DNA of 63,636 nucleotides, counting the filler, from Globobulimina sp. (lineage: Eukaryota), in assembly GCA_003354225.1 (NCBI GenBank). It is 28 parts of 28 records of this genome, joined end to end, with 100 filler letters (N's around TTAATTAATTAA, not from the genome) between each part and the next. Parts side by side here need not be neighbours in the genome. Positions count along the whole stretch, not along the records: positions 25,054 to 27,230 come from PIVH01008409.1; positions 27,331 to 29,507 come from PIVH01008410.1; positions 29,608 to 31,784 come from PIVH01008411.1; positions 31,885 to 34,061 come from PIVH01008412.1; positions 34,162 to 36,337 come from PIVH01008413.1; positions 36,438 to 38,613 come from PIVH01008414.1; 22 more parts are not named here. One strand, given 5' to 3'. The position numbers were made by a program, and so were the translations under genes. The first letter of the stretch is position 1. Every line of letters begins with the position of its first letter. Below are positions 25,071-36,449 of the stretch, piece after piece. Below the pieces are notes generated by a model. The model was given only the letters and a program-made list of their open reading frames with translations. It had not been told where the DNA came from and did no database searches.

Positions 25071-26662
25071 TTAATCAATTATTTTTCGTTTTATCTTCAT
25101 TTTTTTATCATTTATATATTTCTTTTCTTCAAACGTTACATTACGGTTAGAATCTATGGTGAAAGAATGCTCATAAGATAACATAATAATAAATATTAAG
25201 TTTTCAGCAGGTTTTTCAGCAAATCGGCCACATATTTCTAAATTTCCTAAATTATTTCCATCAATTTCGCTGTTTCCATGGCCTTTTTCACAATTGAAGA
25301 GATAAAAGGCATAACCGCTGTCAAACCAGTCATAAGGAAATTGAGGGAGAATCAGGTTAGAATTTGTGATAAAATCTGACTTTTGCATCTCATGAAACAA
25401 TCCCATATATGGCTGAGTGTATGCTTTCTTCTTGTAATCCATATTATACCTAAATTATGCTTTGTCATAATATTTTTGGATTTCTAACAAATGTAAAATT
25501 ATCTAACCCATTCGAATATGGCAATTCCTTTCCATTTAGCTTCAATGATAAATTTTCCAGAAAGAATGCACCAAAATTGAACCTCGCTTTCGAGTATGAT
25601 GAAAGACTTTTTTCACTAACTATTGCAACTGTTACATACTTAGGAAGTATACCTCTAGCAATAGTAGTTGGATTGATGATATTTTGATTTTTAGCTTGAG
25701 GAACTGAAATGACTAATATTGTTAAATTATAATTCTTTATTAAAAAATAAGTTTTCACTTTTTTTAACAACATTGCTGAGGAAATTATAGGAACGCGAAG
25801 GTATTCGTGTATTTATTGGTGTTATTCGCCCAACTGTCAGATAGCATTTTTGAATTTCCACAGCATACTGACTATTTTCGCTTCCAATTAAACAGGCTTT
25901 TGGCTCAGCAGGATAAAAACTCAGACTTATAGATACTTTATCCAATATTGGCTTATCAATTTGCAGGGTATCAACCAGTACTTTGCCACGCAAATGTACT
26001 GTTACTCCTTTATTTGATGCTCTATTTCGTTTATATGATCCTGAAGATCGATTTGTAGTGCTATTGGGCAATAAATTATTATACAGTCTTACCCTCATTC
26101 AATTTTGGCATTGCAGGGTTTACTACATCTAATGCTCCAGCCTGATCTTGCATGTATAACGCCGTTGTTAAAAGGCTTTCTCTTGCCAAAATGTTTGTAC
26201 TTAACATCATGGCAATATATGACTTATATGCATAATTTCCATGACTGCTTTCTACTTCAATATGGTTAAATGAAACGGAGACCTCCTACAATTACAAAAA
26301 ACATGTTTTTAGTCATATTTGTCTACCACTTTATACTTTAAAGATGGAATACAATGGAGCTTGCTCAAACGCAACCGGCTCTCCATCAGGAATTTTATCA
26401 AAAATGCCATCATCATTTTTCTTTAAAAGAGCAACTTCTAAACTTATGTAAATTTCCTGCGGGTCAATTAAAACATTTGGAATACCAGGAATCTGAAATA
26501 GACATTTGGTTACTGAAATTTGAACAAAAGGCACTTGAATACCTCAAAATTTATCGGTGTTTGATTAGTAATAGGAAAAACTGTATTAGGAATAATGTCC
26601 TGATACATAAAATCCTCCGTATCATCATATTCTTTAGTGAAATTTTTCACCAATGAAATCAT
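25071..26662 (-). CDS. Polinton/Maverick (adintovirus-like) double-jelly-roll major capsid protein, 444 aa, six exons: 26662-26543, 26492-26337, 26285-26093, 26040-25759, 25712-25508, 25449-25071
   Basis: Five GT-AG introns (50, 51, 52, 46, 58 nt) each restore frame; spliced protein has PINFEIPG..LIDPQEIY, PLYSIFKEVSVSFN, NYAYKSYI, LTTALYMQDQAG, GILPKYVTVAIV, FNFGAFFLENLSLKLNG, SGYAFYLFN, GNLEICGRF and TIDSNRNV in the expected order. Confidence 0.88.
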
Positions 26663-27542
26663 GATTACAATATCTTCTTATTTCATGTATAACGCGAGAT
26701 ATTTCCACTGGACAACCACTCATTAACTAGTTAATAATCAGACTGGACAGCAGTTCTGGCATAAAGTCGCCATAAATACGTCTTTCATGACTAAATATAA
26801 TCATAAAACGATGTAACCTCCACTTTTTAAAGGTGAAATCTCCGAAATTTATTGATAATCTAACATTTTTAGAACTCATTAATGATATTTTTCAATACAA
26901 TATGGGTAATTATTGATTTTTTAGGTTAAAATAAGAGATTTTCTAGGCAGCATTGATCAATTTATAGCATTTTTGTGGTCAGATTTATTGCAAAATTGGT
27001 GAAATTTGCATGAAATTCAATAAAAAATGTTGTCTTTCTCATGTTTTTTATGTTAAATGTAAGAAATTAATTGAGAATCTCACCATTTCTTTACGTAAAT
27101 TAACGATATTCTTCATCAAAACATGGATAACTATTGAATTTTTGGAAAAAATTATGAGACTTCCAGCAGAATTGATCAGTTTTATAGCATTTTGCGATTA
27201 AATTACTTTAAAATAGGCTGTGATTAGGGTNNNNNNNNNNNNNNNNNNNNNNNNNNNNNNNNNNNNNNNNNNNNTTAATTAATTAANNNNNNNNNNNNNN
27301 NNNNNNNNNNNNNNNNNNNNNNNNNNNNNNCTTTATACATGTTCGATTGTATGGTCATGTCATAATAATATGTATAAATAACTTTGTTTGCAGGTAGGTT
27401 GTTTGGAGGTATGTTGTTTGCTTCTAGCAGAGATGCAGCTCCTTCTTCATACTCTGTATAACAAAAAATCACGAATGGTGTATCGTTGCCAAATCTAAAG
27501 TAATACTATATAATGTTACATTTTTGTTGTAAGTGGCGATGG

Positions 27543-28604
27543 TCATATTATTGAAGGTGGTGGACTGTTTTCATGCATATGCTGATTTGGGCTGGAACCA
27601 ATACTGCTGGCCGATGCTGCCCTTTTTAATTCAATCTCCCTCGTCGTCGGCCTCGTACTTTGTTGCTCTTCTTTTTTCTTTTTGTTTCGAACGCAAACGT
27701 TAACCAAGACACAACACCGACATAATTTAGTATAATATTTGTTATTGTAAGAAAACATTAACCCGATAACCATGCAATTTAAAAATAAATCAATATATAA
27801 ATATACCCCACCTAAACCAAATACAGCTCCCAACCAAAGTGAATATGCTAAAACCGAAGAGACAGTACCAAATATTGTTAGGATTGTATTTTTTACGATT
27901 AATGCATGAAAACGAAATGCAAATTGTAGATTATCTTTGTTTGTAGAAAATAATTTATTTAATTTGCTCTTGAATATCACACAAAATGTTATATTTAACG
28001 TCATAGTCCATACAAGTGCGATTAACAAAATGATAGTGCTGGATGAAGAAGATGCCATTGGCCAATCACAATATGATAACTGTCCAACCAGTCCATCTGC
28101 TGGATTCCATATTGCTTCACAAACTGAGATATGTCTGCTTAATATGATAAAAAGTGGCATCACAATAAAAAGTTGAGCGGAAATGATTGCGGATAATATA
28201 TATATTGCAGCTCTGCTGAGCGCTAAACCTGAGCCTCTGAAGGATTCTTCAGTTCTTAGCAATATTTGCGCAAAATAAAAAGTATAATATATCGATGCGA
28301 ATATCCTTGATCCATAAGCCATAACCACACAACTGGTTATATTTTTTCTATGTGATGTTAATGGATCGATTAACATTCTGAACAAATCATTAACAGTCCA
28401 CAAAATACCAATAACTTGAAGCAATATATATAAGACACGCAATTGTTTTTTTTTTGTTTTTTTGTTGAATGTTGTGTTGTTTTTTTTATATTCATTATAG
28501 GACGATTGGCATAGTAATGCTATCTGGAGAGGTATGATTATTGGCAAAGAAATCGCAACTTCTAAGAATGGATACGCCTGATTTTCCACACAGATTTCTA
28601 CCAT
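27543..28604 (-). CDS. 7TM (GPCR-like) membrane protein
   Basis: Seven hydrophobic segments and Cys-rich juxtamembrane tail YTKLCRCC. Confidence 0.75.
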   Translation of the reverse strand: MVEICVENQAYPFLEVAISLPIIIPLQIALLCQSSYNEYKKNNTTFNKKTKKKQLRVLYILLQVIGILWTVNDLFRMLIDPLTSHRKNITSCVVMAYGSRIFASIYYTFYFAQILLRTEESFRGSGLALSRAAIYILSAIISAQLFIVMPLFIILSRHISVCEAIWNPADGLVGQLSYCDWPMASSSSSTIILLIALVWTMTLNITFCVIFKSKLNKLFSTNKDNLQFAFRFHALIVKNTILTIFGTVSSVLAYSLWLGAVFGLGGVYLYIDLFLNCMVIGLMFSYNNKYYTKLCRCCVLVNVCVRNKKKKEEQQSTRPTTREIELKRAASASSIGSSPNQHMHENSPPPSII

Positions 28605-28861
28605 GTTTAGAAAGATGACTACTCGTGAAAACCTACATAAAAGAGAATACTTTCCCGTAGAATGGTTAGAAATTTTGTAACGTTATTCTCCACCAAGTTA
28701 TTATTTTATTTCATATATTATACGATTACCTTGAACTGCAGGCAAGCGCAAACACAATTTTTTATTAAATTACTCGATTAAAATTAAATACGTACAACAT
28801 GTTAATGTTTGTCGTTTAAAAATGATATCATTGATCAAAACATTTTTGACCAATTCATCAT

Positions 28862-29507
28862 TCATCGAAACACTTTAACAATATCCGTACATTTATTCTG
28901 ACATAATGGACATACATTATTTATCTTTTTTACACAATCTTGACACAAACACAAATGAGCACAGGGCAGACATATATATGATCTCTGCAAATCCAGACAA
29001 GCCACACATTCCTTTTCTTTCTCTTTCTCAGCGATTAATTTCTTCATTGATTTATTCTCTTCTTCTAACTCTTTAATATGAATATTTAATTTTGTTTTAT
29101 CCTCAACCAATAATAACAGACCTAACTCGATATCAACGTTTTCATTTTCTAACACTTCAATCCGTTTCTATAAAACACAACAATTAAAATCCATTACATA
29201 TACACAATTAAAAAACAACATATTCACAAACCTCCAATTCATCCTTCATTGTTTCAAATTGTGTTGTTTTATCAATGGCTGCTTGCTGAATCTCATCAAT
29301 TTCTTTATTTAAATTATATATTGCCATTTGTTGACTTTTTTGCATATTATCCATTTCAATCATTTTTATCACATCTGGTTCCATATTACTTTGGTTATCC
29401 CATTCAATCCGTTTTTCGTCACAGTTATTACAATTATCATTAGTATCAGCCTCCACATTATTTGCTATTGTGAGCAAATACAAAATTAACTCATTTCCAA
29501 CTCCAAA
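28862..29507 (-). CDS. Coiled-coil plus C-terminal RING finger (IAP/MGRN-type C3HC4) protein, 5' truncated, one probable intron near 29170-29231
   Basis: ECVACLD...CLPCAHLCLCQDC...CPLC terminal RING. Confidence 0.85.
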
Positions 29508-30660
29508 NNNNNNNNNNNNNNNNNNNNNNNNNNNNNNNNNNNNNNNNNNNNTTAATTAATTAANNNNNNNNNNNNNNNNNNNNNNNNNNNNNNNNNNNNN
29601 NNNNNNNCAGATTATGCCAAAGCGATTGAAATATTATACCATTTCACCGACTCCGACCATCCTATCCATCGTTTGGTTATCCATCATTTGATACCATCGA
29701 CAATAATATTAAATGACAGAAGAATATTGCAACATCACCGACGTGTTCGTGCGGGAAGAAATTTTCGGCCCATTCAAAGTGTCCCGAACAGGCGAATTAT
29801 GTCAAAAAGAGAGTAAATGCGATAAAACAAAGATGCAAAAAGGGAAAGATTTCGCAGAAACAGGCGGAGATTGAGATAAATAAAATTATTGTCATTTTCT
29901 TAAAAAATCTCAAAAAATCTCAAATGTTGGACTAGTCCTCCAAAAACTAGTCCCCACTAGTCCTCACAATATCAAAAGTAGTCCTGGGGACTAAATATTT
30001 AGTCCTAATAAACACACTGTTAAATGCGGACATTGGGGTCATTATGGCAGTGAATGTAAATGTGATGAACCGAATTGTTTATGCTGTCATAGATCACGGC
30101 ATATTCGGACTTTAAATATTGCAGTGTGCCCAGATTCATTAAATTTGGTGAAATTGTTTGAAAATTTGGATAATGTAAATATGAGTTGGAAGAATATAAA
30201 TTTTGATAATTTGGACCATTATAAATTGATACATTGTACAGTTTCGAATGAAATGGAGCTTGATACAAATTCGAACAATCAAACAATTTTAAATACAAAT
30301 AATCAAAATGAAGAGGAAAAACAAAAGAATTATAGTGCGGCGGCCCAACCACAGCGATAAAATAATAATCCTGCCAATAATAATAACATATCTGACCCCT
30401 ACGATCTGACATATTATTACCAAATGAATTACTATCAACGGGAGAGATGCAAATATTGAGCCATGGACTATTGGATGGGCTCATTTATTGCGGATCTGCA
30501 ATGTGGAGCTTTTGGTATGTTTTGCGTAACCAGCTTGGAGGCGCAGTCACTCAAATTTGCAGTGTTTGGCGGCGCAGTTTTCAGACAGCAGATCCGCATA
30601 GTGGAGCAAGTATACACTTGTTCCGCAACATTTCTAAGACGAACAAATTAAAAAAAAATA

Positions 30661-31020
30661 ATTAAAATAAAATCCACCATAAAATACGCATAAAATCCAC
30701 ATAAAATCCACCATAAAAGCATCTACAATACGCCTAAAATCCACAAAAAAACCACAATAAAATCCTCATAAAAAGCACCATAAAATACGTCTAAAATCCA
30801 CATAAAATCCACCATAAAAGCAACCATAAAATCCACCTAAATTCCACCATAAAATCCACATAAAATCCACCATACAATTCACCTAAACTCCACCATAAAA
30901 TCCACAATAAAATCCGCATAAAATCCACAATAAAATTCACAATAAAATTCACAATAAAATTCACCATAAAATCACATAAAATCTGATAGATATCGACGAC
31001 AACACATAAAATCTGATAAA
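30661..31020. repeat. Degenerate 11-12 nt tandem repeat (ATAAAATCCACC-like)
   Basis: Many imperfect tandem copies. Confidence 0.9.
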
Positions 31021-31108
31021 TACGGCATAAATAACTCCATAATAAAGGCCATAAATGCCATAATAAATAACCATTTTTGTTGTGTTTGCAGTGGTGGATT
31101 GCCACTCA

Positions 31109-31168
31109 ATTCCTTTTCTAATTCCTTTTCTAATTCCTTTTCTCATTCCTTTTCTCATTCCTTTTCTC
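31109..31168. repeat. 12-nt tandem repeat (ATTCCTTTTCT[A/C]) x5
   Basis: Directly visible. Confidence 0.9.
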
Positions 31169-31884
31169 AATCAATTCATTTCAGTCATGTCATCAGCACC
31201 CATTTCATGCTCATCCTCATCGCCGCCACGCATGGCTTTCTCCATAGTCTCCGCAAAGGAACCCAATGATTTGGACCTAGTTACATACACCGTAAACGGT
31301 AAGACTTTCCTCATCAAAACTGCCTCTGCAAACGAGAGAAAAGTCTCATGTTTTAAAAAAGTCAAATAAATATAAAAAACTAAATAAAAAATGTAAAATA
31401 AAGCCCAACATAAATACACAAAATTCCCTCCTTAATAAATATACTTCCATATCGGAAACAAATTATTTAGTGTATATATTATATACAGGTTTCCCGCAAA
31501 TTCTCATCAAAATGTTGCCAAAAGACTATGATAATCAGGCAAAAATAAATCATATTAATAAAAAGAAACAGAATAACCCTCAACCAATCGAAAAAGAGAA
31601 GAATATCAATGTAGATTTAATATTATTACAATCACAAATGCAGAGAGATACCTTGCCGCGGCATAAACAAAAAGTATACCATATTAGAGATAAATTGATA
31701 TTAAGAAATGAAGATGAAATGATTGCAATATTTCAAGACGTAGTGACTGCACCAAATGTGCCTCCAGATTGGGACAGCACAGCTNNNNNNNNNNNNNNNN
31801 NNNNNNNNNNNNNNNNNNNNNNNNNNNNTTAATTAATTAANNNNNNNNNNNNNNNNNNNNNNNNNNNNNNNNNNNNNNNNNNNN

Positions 31885-32517
31885 ATAAATTGTAGGAAGG
31901 ATTGAGGTGTCTTGCTCAATGAATGTATATTGAATAACTTTATATTTTTCATTTGCAATTGGCAGTGATAATATATTATATGGAATAAATGTGTTTGACG
32001 AATAATTGCAATCTGGACATAATACCGTTGATTTATAATCAGCTGTAAAGTGCGCAGTAATTATTGATTTGTTGTTATTAGTATTTAAATCTTGATGTAA
32101 TGCATTCAATAAAAAAGACAATATTTGATGTTCTTCAAAATTAGCAAATGTTGGTGCCAGGCGACTTATTGTTTGGTGGAATTCTGTCGGTTCAAATATT
32201 GCATATTGTCCACTAAATATAGTATTTAATAATGCTGCCCATATTGTTGCAATTTGACCACCAAAACCCAGGGAATTTTCTTTATTTATATCATTTATAT
32301 AATTATTGCTTAAAAAATATTCTCTAAAATATGGTGATTGGATTAAACATTGGATCACTGCGTTTAGGAATGATGTATGGCCCAAATTTTTTAATCCAAC
32401 TACGCCTTTTTCCTGCGGTGAATCCGGTGGTTTTCCCATCCGGCACATTTCACAAATTTTGGATGAAATATTATTTTCGAATGTACATATATTACAATTC
32501 CACTTTGAACTCGACAT
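31885..32517 (-). CDS. RanBP2-type zinc finger plus USP (C19 peptidase) domain lacking the catalytic Cys; 3' truncated
   Basis: WNCNICTFEN...CEMC; Cys-box reads GLKNLGHTSFLNAVIQCL instead of GLxNLGNTCFMN. Confidence 0.8.
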
Positions 32518-32599
32518 GGTTTAATACAACGTAAATAAAAATCTCTTTTGTTTTTTGATTGTGTTTGAGGAAACATCCTCTCGTTATCTTCAACCAAAT

Positions 32600-34061
32600 A
32601 TGTAAGTCATGTTTCTGTTCTATACTAACTGCACCAACCTAATAACAATTTTTCTAGGTCTTGGCAACGAGAGTTTGAAACCAAATGTGATGCGTATGAA
32701 CTAAACATAGACGAAATAACTGGTAAAAAAAAATGGACCAAGCGTGGTATCAATGGTGATTTAATAATATATTCACATACGGACAATTTAAATGATTTCA
32801 AAGTTCGTTTTGAATTATTTTCGATTCAAGTTTGGTGGAAAGTGTTCAATCCCAAATTAAAAAAAAAAGGCTCAAAAACAAGAGTCATTACATTCAAACG
32901 ATTGAGCACTGCGCAACAAACCAAAGAAACGATTGCTTTGCGGTTTAAAAATGCACAAATATGCACATCATTTATTGCCAAATGGGAATCATTAACACGT
33001 GATATGGATTATGACACAACTGATGATGAAGCGGACGAAGAGGACCATAAACATCCGCAATATGACCCGAATACTCATAAAATGGACGAAGTTAAACAAG
33101 AATACTCATTGCTACAAACCGCGGATAAAATAAATATATTCCATTCGATCAATGGATTTAATTAATTCAGCTTCCATCTTAAATGAATATTATTTTAATT
33201 ATGGCATTAAGGATAAGATAGAAATCAAAAACAATCATATAAATTATGCAAATTACAGCTACGGCAAATATAATAACAAAGAACATTTTCTATCCTTGTG
33301 GATGAATAGCGAGGTATTACGACGTGTCTTCATCTCGCAATATAAGCGAGAACGCGTGAATATGGTCATAGTTTTGGATAAATCTGAATCAATGAACGAG
33401 TCATTATGCACCAATGAGGCAACTCGTATGGAGGTGGCACAAGAAGCACTCATCCAATTAGTCAGACATTCGTTGGATAAACAAGACAGATTTGCCATTA
33501 TTACATATAACGAGCGGCCTAAAATAGAATATCCATTGACATTAATTGATTCGTTGCCATATGGCATGGTGGAGTTAAGGAGGGATATTGTTAATTTTAA
33601 GGCAAAGGGCACTACAAATTTAGAGAAAGCATATAAATGTGCCATGGATGGGATATTTACAGATGAGGTATTGAGTGAAGCCAAGAAAGAAAATGTTTAT
33701 AATCGCATCATGTTTATGACTGATTTACAGTTAGATCCGTCCAAAAAACATGGCATATTTGCAATGATCAAAGAAGCGGCAGAGAAGAAGCAGATATATA
33801 CAACGTTTATGTCGATGGGGATTGAACAGGATATGGCTATGTTTGCGGGATCATTGTCGAGAGTGCGAGGATGTAATTATTTGACAGTGCGCAATAAACA
33901 GGAATTTATGGCCAAATTTCATAAAGATAAGGAATTTGCGTATATGGTTCGGCCCATATTGTATGATTTAAATGTTTCGTTAAATACGAAAATAGCACAG
34001 GTGTATACCGGTGGCAATGTTAAGCGTATTGAGAATGGACAATTGTTAGAAATAAAATCAA
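32600..34061 (+). CDS. RanBD/PH-like N-terminal domain plus vWA domain protein; intron 32602-32657; frameshift near 33160; 3' truncated
   Basis: Spliced N-terminus MSWQREFETKCDAYEL...WTKRG; vWA motifs IVLDKSESM, GTTNLEKA and RIMFMTD. Confidence 0.7.
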
Positions 34062-34161
34062 NNNNNNNNNNNNNNNNNNNNNNNNNNNNNNNNNNNNNNN
34101 NNNNNTTAATTAATTAANNNNNNNNNNNNNNNNNNNNNNNNNNNNNNNNNNNNNNNNNNNN

Positions 34162-34810
34162 GGTTGAATTTCGGTCCTTTGTTCTTATTCTTCTTTGTTC
34201 TTCGCACCGCATAATCAGATTTCTGATGAATTTGATCATACGCTTTCTTTTTATATTTATGATTCCGTATATGATTGGCTCTCAATAACGTGCTCATTGA
34301 CGCTGATCCCGACGTTGATTTACTTCGATTTAAACCGAATTTATTACGATATTTCCAGCTGTATTTATTTTTATTCTTATTGTTGTTGTTATTGTACGTT
34401 GGCAAGTGATTGCCACTGCCATTGCCATTACAATTATTATTTGAATTATTACTATTTTCGTCATCGGTATCGGATGAATCCAGACTCAAAGGGGTGTCCT
34501 CATCATTTGTTTTCTTTTCCTCTTTGCATTCTTGTTTAACCGGCTTTATATTTATAGGTGCTGCGATTTCTTCTTTTATTGTTGTTATGTCATCTTTTTG
34601 TGCTGGTGATTGTTCTGTTGGCAATTGCAATGTTGCGATATCTGCCTTGGTGTTGGTGTTGGTTTTTATTTGTGGTGCTTTTGTCTGTGTCAATTGCGAT
34701 TGCAAGTTTCCAAACACCTGAAGCAGTGTATTCATATTGCTACTTATTTGACATAGGTGACTCAATAATTCTCGTTGAAAGGGTGAATATTGATCAGTTG
34801 CAGTGGTCAT
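34162..34810 (-). CDS. Low-complexity N-terminal fragment of a probable nuclear protein, 3' truncated
   Basis: ATG-initiated ORF with Asn-rich and basic tracts running into the linker. Confidence 0.5.
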
Positions 34811-34880
34811 TGTTAAAATATATCAACTAATTAAAAAAGAATTTCAAGCTCGAAAACTGTGAATTGAATGTTTACCGAGC

Positions 34881-36337
34881 ATGAGTATTGTCTCTAGTCT
34901 AGGCCCCGCAGTAAAAGACGTAGAACCAGAACTTGCCCGAGCTCGATCAGGACGTACAATACACGCCATAAAAGAAGGATGGATGTATAAAAAAGGCAGT
35001 ACCGCATTTACTGCATTTAAAAGGCGATATATGATCTTATGGACAAATAAACGCATTGAATATTATACCAGCGATGAGTTGTCGACTATGAAAGGTGCCG
35101 TTAATTTGCTTGGCTTACAAAAGCGTGCCATTCAACGATCTGATAAAGTACCCAAAAAACAAGAAATGTTTGGATTTCAAATTGCGACTGAAAGCAGAAC
35201 CTGGTATTTTGCGGTAAAAACAGAAAATGAAAGAGAAGATTGGATAAAAACAATTGTTTTGTTATATTCTGATTCATTAATTATAAAATATATATATATT
35301 ATTATTATACTGTACAGAGAGCAGTCGTCTATATAACTTCGCCAATATCATCTCCTCGGCAGTCCCCACAGCCACAGCAGTTCCCACCGAGCAATCTGCC
35401 CAAACCACCACCAAAAAACTTAAAAACACTCGCAATTGAAAAAGAAAAAGAAAAAGAAGAAGAAAAAGCAGAAGAAAAAGAGGTAGGCTCCGACTCCGAC
35501 TATGACCCCGGCGAAATATTAGAAGGCTTACAACGTCAATACGACGCCAAACATAATCCACATCGCATTGGCAAAAAGGCGCAAGGTATACAGTGGAGTG
35601 ACGAGGACTCATTACAAGACTCGTTAACTGACGAAAGTGACGATAATATAAACGCAGTACAAGTGCAACAGCAACACGATGACGATATCGATGTTGCATA
35701 CAATTGGAATGCAGCAATGGATAAAATCAAAGAGAAGACAGATAAAAAATATAAAGAGTCGATACACTTGGATTCTATGGATGGTTTATTGGATTCTGAT
35801 GATTCATTGAATGAAAGCGAAGAAGAGTCGGTAGCCGCATATCAGAAACATGTGTATGACAATGAGCAGCCAATGATGAATATAGATAAAAAGAGGAGAG
35901 AGAAACAAGAGTCACAAGTCTCACTGCATAGAGCACGCATTGATTGGGACGAAGATGAGTTTGACAGCGATTCATTGAGTGATGAAACGGAGGAAAGTGA
36001 CGAGGAGAAAGTAACCAAAAATCGTTATAATAAAATCAGGTCTCCGTCTACAAAGAGCGAGAATCATTTTTATATTCATCCCGAGAAGAAATCACAGAAG
36101 GAAATGATGAATGAAGTCTCATTTATAAATGCTGGATATATTGTTCTTAAATTGTATTATCCATTGATGCAATACATACAATACAAAACCGATGAGAAAG
36201 GCAAAGGCATTTTGATTAAAAATGTGCAGAGGAATAAATATGGCAAAAAGCTCTATATTACATATGGGTTTTCCACGGAGGAGAACTGGTACATTGAAAG
36301 TATCGATGATGAGAACATTACGGATAAGTTGCTGAGG
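34881..36337 (+). CDS. PH-domain protein with acidic/low-complexity tail; intron near 35255-35316; 3' truncated
   Basis: KEGWMYKKG...FKRRYMIL...RTWYFAVKTENEREDWIKTI. Confidence 0.88.
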
Positions 36338-36449
36338 NNNNNNNNNNNNNNNNNNNNNNNNNNNNNNNNNNNNNNNNNNNNTTAATTAATTAANNNNNNN
36401 NNNNNNNNNNNNNNNNNNNNNNNNNNNNNNNNNNNNNTCTGTTCGAACC

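Noticed and set aside
25071-26662. Reading the capsid fragments as a frameshifted pseudogene
   Set aside because: All five breaks have GT-AG ends, similar lengths and phases that restore one stop-free full-length CDS; unlikely for random decay
30661-31170. ORFs 30791..31105, 30961..31170 and 31082..31369 with VNFI/RKGI/PFLI repeats
   Set aside because: Translations of short tandem DNA repeats; no independent coding evidence
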